DNA from: Candidatus Uhrbacteria bacterium
GTDB lineage: Bacteria > Patescibacteriota > Patescibacteriia > JACRJV01
Assembly: GCA_016215325.1 (NCBI GenBank)
Contig: JACRJV010000026.1
Span: 95,955-159,954 of the forward strand
Length of the DNA stretch: 64,000 nt
Direction: 5' to 3'
Position numbers and translations under genes: made by a program. Below, in pieces: positions 58,347 through 64,000 of this stretch (the first letter of the stretch is position 1; the number at the start of each line of letters is the position of its first letter). The notes under the pieces are model-generated. The model did no database searches. It was not told where the DNA came from and saw nothing but the letters and a program-made list of their open reading frames with translations.

Positions 58347-60280
58347 TGTTTCACGAAATTACCAAGCGGGCGATTGAGCAGGCGCTGGAGCACCCGCGCA
58401 CCATCAACAAGGATCTTGTTGATGCGCAACAAGCGCGGCGCGTGCTCGATCGGCTCGTCGGGTACGAACTTTCGCCATTCTTATGGCGCAAAGTGGCCCG
58501 CGGGCTATCGGCCGGACGCGTGCAATCAGCGGCGCTGCGGCTGATTGTCGAGCGAGAAGAAGAACGCGAGCAATTCAAGCAACAAGAATACTGGACCATC
58601 GAGGCCGAAATGCAATCAGCATCCGGATCATTCCATGCTGTGCTCACGCACCTTGATAACACTCTGCTATCAAAGTTCGCAATCCCTTCTCAGCAGCGCG
58701 CCGATGAAATTTTGAGTGCCATTGCCCACGGCAAGAGCACCATTGACAAGATCGAAAACAAATCTGCCCGCCGCACGCCCCCGCCGCCGTTCACCACCTC
58801 AACACTCCAACAAGAAGCCAACCGTCGCCTTGGGTACTCGGCAAAACAGACCATGCGCCTCGCCCAACAACTCTACGAAGGAATCGATTTGGGAGCAGAA
58901 GGGCACGCAGGCCTTATCACCTACATGCGTACTGATTCGGTCAACCTCTCGCAAGATTTTCTCGCTGAAGCCAAAGAAGCGATCCAACAACAATTTGGCC
59001 CAACGTACTGGCAGAGCTCGCGCGCATTCACCACAAAATCAAAACTTGCCCAAGAAGCGCACGAGGCAATCCGACCGTCCATGGCTCATCGATCGCCAGA
59101 ACTCGTGAAACCATTCCTTGATCCGCAACAATGGAGACTCTATGACCTGATTTGGCGGCGAGCGGTGGCAAGCCAAATGGCTTTGGCCGAAGTGGATCAA
59201 ACCACCGTGGCAATCCGCACCATCGCCAAACAGCACGCCCAATGGCATGCCAGCGGTGCGGTGATCCGTTTTGACGGTTGGCTTCGTTTGTACCCCACGA
59301 ATACCAAGGAGGGAGAATTGCCAGCACTTTCGGAAGGCGCGCCCGTCACACCAAATCCGATCACACCAGTCCAACATTTTACCCAAGCGCCCGCACGCTA
59401 TAGTGATGCAACTCTCGTCAAGGCTTTGGAAGAGCACGGGATTGGCCGCCCATCCACATATGCCCCGACCATTTCAACGGTCGTTGACCGTAATTACGTT
59501 GAGCGCGACGATGACAAGCGCTTGAAGCCCACGGACATGGGCCGACTCGTCACAAAGGTACTCAAAGAACACTTCCCGAATATTGTCGATCTTGCCTTTA
59601 CCGCAACCATGGAAGATGACCTCGATGCGGTGGCGGAAGGCAAAAAGAAATGGCAGCCGCTCATTGCATCATTCTATACGCCGTTCCACGAAAATCTCCT
59701 CGCAAAAGAAGATGTTGTTTCCAAGAAAGAATTAACCGAAGAACACAGCGACGAGCTGTGCCCCAAGTGCGGCAAGCCCATGCTCATCAAGATCGGACGA
59801 TTTGGGAAATTCTATGCCTGTAGCGGTTACCCCGAATGCAAAAGTACCAAACCCCTTGCCACGGAGGCGGCGGAAACCGGGGCCGCAGCGGCCTCGTCCG
59901 AACCAGCGCCCGATTGCCCCGAATGCGGCAAACCCATGGGGCTGAAACGCGGGCGCTTTGGTTCCTTCTGGGGCTGCACGGGGTACCCCGAATGCAAGGG
60001 CATCAAACGCATTGAGCGTTCCACGGGCATTGTCTGCCCAAAATGCGGGAAGGGTGAAATTGTCGCTCGCCGAAGCAAACGTGGCAAAACATTCTACGGG
60101 TGCAACACGTATCCAGATTGCGACTTTGTACTCTGGAGCAAACCCGTCGTGGATCCAGAAACCAAACAGGCAAAACTTTGCCCAAAGTGCAAATCCTTTC
60201 TGGTATTCGGAGCAAAAAATACAATTCGGTGTTCGAATAAGGAATGTGGGTACAGCGAGGAATCGACGATGGCGGAATAA
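58277..60280 (+). CDS. topA: DNA topoisomerase I, main body with four C-terminal zinc ribbons (+2 frame relative to the N-terminal fragment)
   Basis: [16 protein letters not shown]…[20 protein letters not shown]…[16 protein letters not shown]…; four CPxCG…C zinc ribbons. Confidence 0.8.
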   Translation: MAPCPSPWLGERKRQSAKPVDRIVFHEITKRAIEQALEHPRTINKDLVDAQQARRVLDRLVGYELSPFLWRKVARGLSAGRVQSAALRLIVEREEEREQFKQQEYWTIEAEMQSASGSFHAVLTHLDNTLLSKFAIPSQQRADEILSAIAHGKSTIDKIENKSARRTPPPPFTTSTLQQEANRRLGYSAKQTMRLAQQLYEGIDLGAEGHAGLITYMRTDSVNLSQDFLAEAKEAIQQQFGPTYWQSSRAFTTKSKLAQEAHEAIRPSMAHRSPELVKPFLDPQQWRLYDLIWRRAVASQMALAEVDQTTVAIRTIAKQHAQWHASGAVIRFDGWLRLYPTNTKEGELPALSEGAPVTPNPITPVQHFTQAPARYSDATLVKALEEHGIGRPSTYAPTISTVVDRNYVERDDDKRLKPTDMGRLVTKVLKEHFPNIVDLAFTATMEDDLDAVAEGKKKWQPLIASFYTPFHENLLAKEDVVSKKELTEEHSDELCPKCGKPMLIKIGRFGKFYACSGYPECKSTKPLATEAAETGAAAASSEPAPDCPECGKPMGLKRGRFGSFWGCTGYPECKGIKRIERSTGIVCPKCGKGEIVARRSKRGKTFYGCNTYPDCDFVLWSKPVVDPETKQAKLCPKCKSFLVFGAKNTIRCSNKECGYSEESTMAE

Positions 60281-60320
60281 TGTGGTACGGTGAACGTATC
60301 AGCATTGAATTCTCTTTTCT

Positions 60321-60509
60321 ATGCTCAATGAAGAGTTCAAAAAAGTTCGTGAAGAAATAAAGTCTGCCAAAGACGATACCTTGACCGCATTGGATGAACA
60401 ATCAGTCATCCTTCGGCGCTTAGACCAAGAACGGACATTCGCCTTGGAAAAGGTGAAGAAGTCAGAGGAAGAGGGGCGGCAGATAAAACTCAAACTTGCG
60501 ATTGCATAG
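60321..60509 (+). CDS. Small coiled-coil protein
   Basis: 62-aa ORF followed by a strong terminator hairpin at 60583-60620. Confidence 0.3.
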   Translation: MLNEEFKKVREEIKSAKDDTLTALDEQSVILRRLDQERTFALEKVKKSEEEGRQIKLKLAIA

Positions 60510-60582
60510 CCGTATCAACATCGTGCGCGTTTCCGGGAGGGTACTACTGCTAACTAAACATTGTAACTCAATAAAAAAAGTA

Positions 60583-60620
60583 TGAGCCGCCGGACAGGAA
60601 GAACCTGTTCGGCGGCTTTG
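60583..60620 (+). terminator. Rho-independent terminator GCCGCCGGACAGG-aagaa-CCTGTTCGGCGGC followed by TTTGTCTC
   Basis: Stem and U-tract read from the sequence. Confidence 0.6.
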
Positions 60621-60827
60621 TCTCTTGCATGGTAGGAAACGATGTGGTCTAATACGAGTGGTGGGGTAGGATACACTCCCTAACATCACCTTTGGTTTTC
60701 TAGGGGTTAATATCACTACCTCACCGCATCAAATAATACGAACACCGCGAATAGCGCGGTATTTATTCTGCGCTCGCAATCCCCTCACCCTAACCCTCTC
60801 CCGCGGGAGAGGAAACTCTGCGGTAAT

Positions 60828-60875
60828 AACAAAACTCCTCCGTTCCGTTTCGGACGAAGGAGTTTTGCGTTTTTT
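60828..60875. terminator. Bidirectional terminator hairpin AACTCCTCCGT…ACGAAGGAGTT with T-runs on both strands
   Basis: Followed by TTGCGTTTTTTGG on the + strand and by TTTGTTATTAC on the minus strand (serves the gene 60938..63493). Confidence 0.6.
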
Positions 60876-60937
60876 GGAGTATGCCTTACGGCATCCCTAA
60901 CATCACACATTCACGCTATCACAAATTTGTGCAAATG

Positions 60938-63493
60938 TCAATACGTTGACGCCCCTGCAGGCGCATAAACGCTCAACGCATTCGAAAGACTGGTGATCAT
61001 AACAACATCGCCTGCAGAGGATGCACTCCTTGTAATGCGAACTTTTATCGATTGAGCGGCGATACTCCTAGGGAACTGGGCATGGAATACACTCTGCTGC
61101 CACGATTGCATGACATCACCCCCTGCAACCGGCCGATACACACCGTCTGCCCCAGCAACAAAAATCGCGACTGAGCTCGTTGAGGCCCCGACACCCTCCA
61201 ACGCCAACGTGAGCGATTGGATTGTTTGGAGTTGATTAAGTTGCATTCCAACGCTCGTTGAATCATCCGGGGCGATGATAACCCGTGACGGTGTTGATTC
61301 GTCCGCAACGCTCATCGAAGAAGGCTCTTGACCGGGCGTGACAATCACGGGGCACGATTGTGCTGCCGACAGAATATCACCCGAAGAGGAACGCAGCTCC
61401 ACCTGCACAGGCCACCCGTCGGGGGTGGGGGCTGGTGCAAAGGTATGGTCAATACGAAGATTTGCTTGAGCACTACCGAAGATGGCGGTATTGGATGGGA
61501 CCTGTACGCGTTTGCCATCACCCCAGTCGATAGAGATATCCGGAGTTTGTCCGACATCCGATCGATTCTTCACTGCGAACACCATTGTTGATGGTCCCCC
61601 CGCAGCAGGGTATCGGTTCGGTAACAATCCAATCGCCTCGATAGTGAGCGGATAGGATGGCCGATCCGTCGATGCGGCATTGCAGGACAAAAGAGAGTCA
61701 ACGGTGAGCGCCGCATCTTCTTTAGAAGGCACCGCGCCCCCGGCAACCAGCACCGGACCGTGGAATGGAAGCCCTGGAATCGACGGCAGATCCACGGCCA
61801 TGGCGGCGCTCATAAAGGGCATAAACCACTGGATCCCGCTCACCGTGGCGTGCGCTCCGGGGAAGGAATCTGCCCCACCGATGTGGAACTGGAGCTGCTG
61901 CGCTCGGTCGCACTGCGTGTCCATGCGCAGTTCAAATATTTTTGCTTGTCCGGCTCCCAACCGGATAGGAGTATTGCGATATGTGCTATAGATAAGGTTA
62001 TTCGGCATGACGTTCTCCCAAACGGCTACTTCATTGATTTGAGGATCCGTGATCTCTACTAACCGGGCTCGTCCCGGCTTGTTCATCCCATTATTGCATG
62101 AACCCGTACCAACGAATTCAATGGTCTTCACACGGATATCAGTTGTTTCCGATCGCAATCCAAATCGAAACACCGCCTCATCAATTCGGCCTCCGGTAAA
62201 CCCGGCAATGGGATCCTCGGGCTGTTCAACCAGCAATAGGCTGGGGATGATCATGTGGGCGCCGACGGTGCTTTCCGCTTCGGTAGCCGAAATCGGGTTC
62301 GTGATGGCGACCGAGACCGCTTCCAACGTAACGGCATTGCGTGCCGCTATGCCGGGTTCGATCCCGAGTCGAGCGAGGATAATGTCGCTGCCGATCCGAT
62401 TGAGATCACCGGACAAGACTACATACACCGAACTGTTATTGGGAATCCGCAACGGCTCCTCCGAAAAATCGATTCGCGCTTTGCCGCGGGCATCCAGGGC
62501 AACCCCTCGATCAGAGCCAAGAGCGATCTGATGCCGCATGGTCGGATCGGTATCAGCAAAAACATGTATAGACGACAGCGGCGCAACAACAGCATTGTTC
62601 CTGGATTGGCTTTGGGCGGTAAGCACAACGGGGATGGCGCTCACAACGACATCAGCCCCTCGAGCAGTCAGGCGATATTGTATCCATTGGGTACTGCGCT
62701 CGCCGGAAGAAAAAATGTACTTGAGCGGGAGCTCACGGGAAAGACTTACCTCCAAACGGGCTTCTGCTGCCTCCGACGATGGTGGATCCGTTGGCCCGAC
62801 GACAGACTCCTGCGCTTGGATTTGTACTCCCTCTGTGCTTGTGGAAGAACGCACCGGCCCCAATGGCAAAACCCCATTCACATCGTGGTAAGCGACCCCC
62901 ACCGTGCCGACGAGCCGCCGGGGGCGAACACGCGCATCCGCAGGGACGGTGAATCGGGGCGCGATCTCGGCGAGCCCCACATCGGTGGTGGTGCCACTGA
63001 CTGCATCAATCACGAAACGGAATCCGAGCGTTCGCTTCGGTTCTGCCAGCATCACGGTCGCATTTGGAAACCCCGGATCTGCTAATGACGCGATACCAGC
63101 AATGGACCCATCAGGACGCGGGGCCGGCAGTCGAGACCCGTCAAAGAATTCGAAATGGCCATCCGTGATCGACTGGAGAGCGCTCCCGCGATCGAATAAT
63201 CGGATGGATTCGAGGATCACTTCTTTTGGGAACTGCACCTCGATAAAGGCGCCGCTGCCCTGCCCGTCACTCACCCACTCACCGCTGGCGTTGGGCAAGG
63301 CATTCGTACAGTGATATCGATTACTGGCATCCGGTTTTGTCGTTGAACAGACAACCGTCCAATCAAGGGCGCTCTCGGATGTATTCCCAAACGATTGACC
63401 AGGCCGCACCCAATTGGGTATAACAACCATAGCAGCCATGGCGAGCACCCCCAGTGTGGCCATGGATGCAATATGATAATGGTGCTTATTCAT
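60938..63493 (-). CDS. Large secreted / surface protein of about 850 aa with an N-terminal signal peptide (start trimmed to MNKHHYHIASMATLGVLAMAAMVVI)
   Basis: Signal-like N-terminus and a long Ser/Thr/Gly/Ala/Val-rich body typical of extracellular beta-rich proteins. Confidence 0.5.
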   Translation of the reverse strand: MNKHHYHIASMATLGVLAMAAMVVIPNWVRPGQSFGNTSESALDWTVVCSTTKPDASNRYHCTNALPNASGEWVSDGQGSGAFIEVQFPKEVILESIRLFDRGSALQSITDGHFEFFDGSRLPAPRPDGSIAGIASLADPGFPNATVMLAEPKRTLGFRFVIDAVSGTTTDVGLAEIAPRFTVPADARVRPRRLVGTVGVAYHDVNGVLPLGPVRSSTSTEGVQIQAQESVVGPTDPPSSEAAEARLEVSLSRELPLKYIFSSGERSTQWIQYRLTARGADVVVSAIPVVLTAQSQSRNNAVVAPLSSIHVFADTDPTMRHQIALGSDRGVALDARGKARIDFSEEPLRIPNNSSVYVVLSGDLNRIGSDIILARLGIEPGIAARNAVTLEAVSVAITNPISATEAESTVGAHMIIPSLLLVEQPEDPIAGFTGGRIDEAVFRFGLRSETTDIRVKTIEFVGTGSCNNGMNKPGRARLVEITDPQINEVAVWENVMPNNLIYSTYRNTPIRLGAGQAKIFELRMDTQCDRAQQLQFHIGGADSFPGAHATVSGIQWFMPFMSAAMAVDLPSIPGLPFHGPVLVAGGAVPSKEDAALTVDSLLSCNAASTDRPSYPLTIEAIGLLPNRYPAAGGPSTMVFAVKNRSDVGQTPDISIDWGDGKRVQVPSNTAIFGSAQANLRIDHTFAPAPTPDGWPVQVELRSSSGDILSAAQSCPVIVTPGQEPSSMSVADESTPSRVIIAPDDSTSVGMQLNQLQTIQSLTLALEGVGASTSSVAIFVAGADGVYRPVAGGDVMQSWQQSVFHAQFPRSIAAQSIKVRITRSASSAGDVVMITSLSNALSVYAPAGASTY

Positions 63494-63582
63494 AGGGTAG
63501 AATTCATCTGTACTATAGCAAAAAGCCATTGCTCGTGGAAGTGAATATCCCCCACGCACCAACGATGGTACAATGAGAACGT

Positions 63583-64000
63583 ATGTCCACCCCCCCCACA
63601 TTCCAACGCCTCAAAACCATTTTGCTCACCAACGCCCCAAAACGGGACATCGAATTAGTCCATCGAGCGTATCATTTTGCAAAAGATGCTCACAAGGGCC
63701 AGCGGCGCGCAAGCGGAGAAGAGTATATTGTTCATCCGCTGGCAACAGCCATCACGCTGGCCAAGATGCGGCTGGATAACGCAACGGTTGCGGCAGGCCT
63801 GCTCCACGATGTTTCGGACGATACCCCGATCACCATCAATGAGATTGAAAAGGAATTCGGCTATGATGTTGCGCAACTGGTCAGCGGCGTCACGAAGCTC
63901 GGGAAAGTCCGTTATCGCGGGATTGATCGGTACGTCGAAAACTTGCGCAAGATGTTTGTGGCCATGGCGCAGGACATCCGGGTCATCATCATCAAATTTG
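63583..64000 (+). CDS. relA: (p)ppGpp synthetase/hydrolase RelA/SpoT family, N-terminal HD domain; truncated by the window end
   Basis: Hand translation gives …HRAYHFAKDAHKGQRRASGEEYIVHPLATAITLAKMRLD…AAGLLHDVSDDT…MFVAMAQDIRVIIIKF, a SpoT HD-domain match. The ORF track omits it because it has no stop in the window. Confidence 0.8.
   Translation, partial: MSTPPTFQRLKTILLTNAPKRDIELVHRAYHFAKDAHKGQRRASGEEYIVHPLATAITLAKMRLDNATVAAGLLHDVSDDTPITINEIEKEFGYDVAQLVSGVTKLGKVRYRGIDRYVENLRKMFVAMAQDIRVIIIKF

Overview
This is a compact bacterial chromosomal window of about 64 kb. Proteins are short and domain-poor, Shine-Dalgarno sequences are mostly weak, and two ribosomal proteins (S9 at 43928-44542, S11 at 46798-47286) carry N-terminal extensions. 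I infer a reduced genome of the CPR/Patescibacteria type, but that lineage call is inference only. Housekeeping content I can support from the sequence: a type IV pilin cluster; a CIRCE-controlled hrcA-grpE-dnaK-dnaJ operon; an HlyD-like adaptor; cspA; pyrE-pyrF-pyrD and an archaeal-type UMP-kinase-like gene; sufS; the dcw block mraZ-rsmH-ftsL-ftsI-murF; rplJ-rplL; the rpsI-rplM-rplQ-rpoA-rpsD-rpsK-rpsM-rpmJ-infA string; alaS, mnmA, dprA, a frameshifted topA, and a relA/spoT start running off the window end. Accessory or unusual content: (1) a dispersed family of intergenic imperfect palindromes built from tandem 7-12 nt repeats at 11 or more loci, one of them in-frame inside mnmA; (2) an IS200/RAYT-type tyrosine transposase with flanking inverted repeats inside an AT-rich insertion next to tRNA-Glu; (3) two visibly high-GC islets whose genes have strong Shine-Dalgarno sites, probably foreign DNA; (4) a 31-nt element repeated three times ahead of an ArsR-type regulator, a membrane protein and an M23 peptidase; (5) a VirD4/TraG-like coupling ATPase with a membrane partner, a protein carrying sigma-70 region 4 at its N-terminus, dprA and topA, which could form a DNA translocation/uptake module; (6) an AsnRS catalytic-core paralogue with no anticodon-binding domain, preceded by a CU-rich octamer tandem 5' UTR; (7) an AT-rich island with a coiled-coil kinase-like protein, a Cys-rich secreted peptide and an ABC-2 exporter. 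All calls rest on motif recognition by eye from the six-frame translations; no database search was possible.
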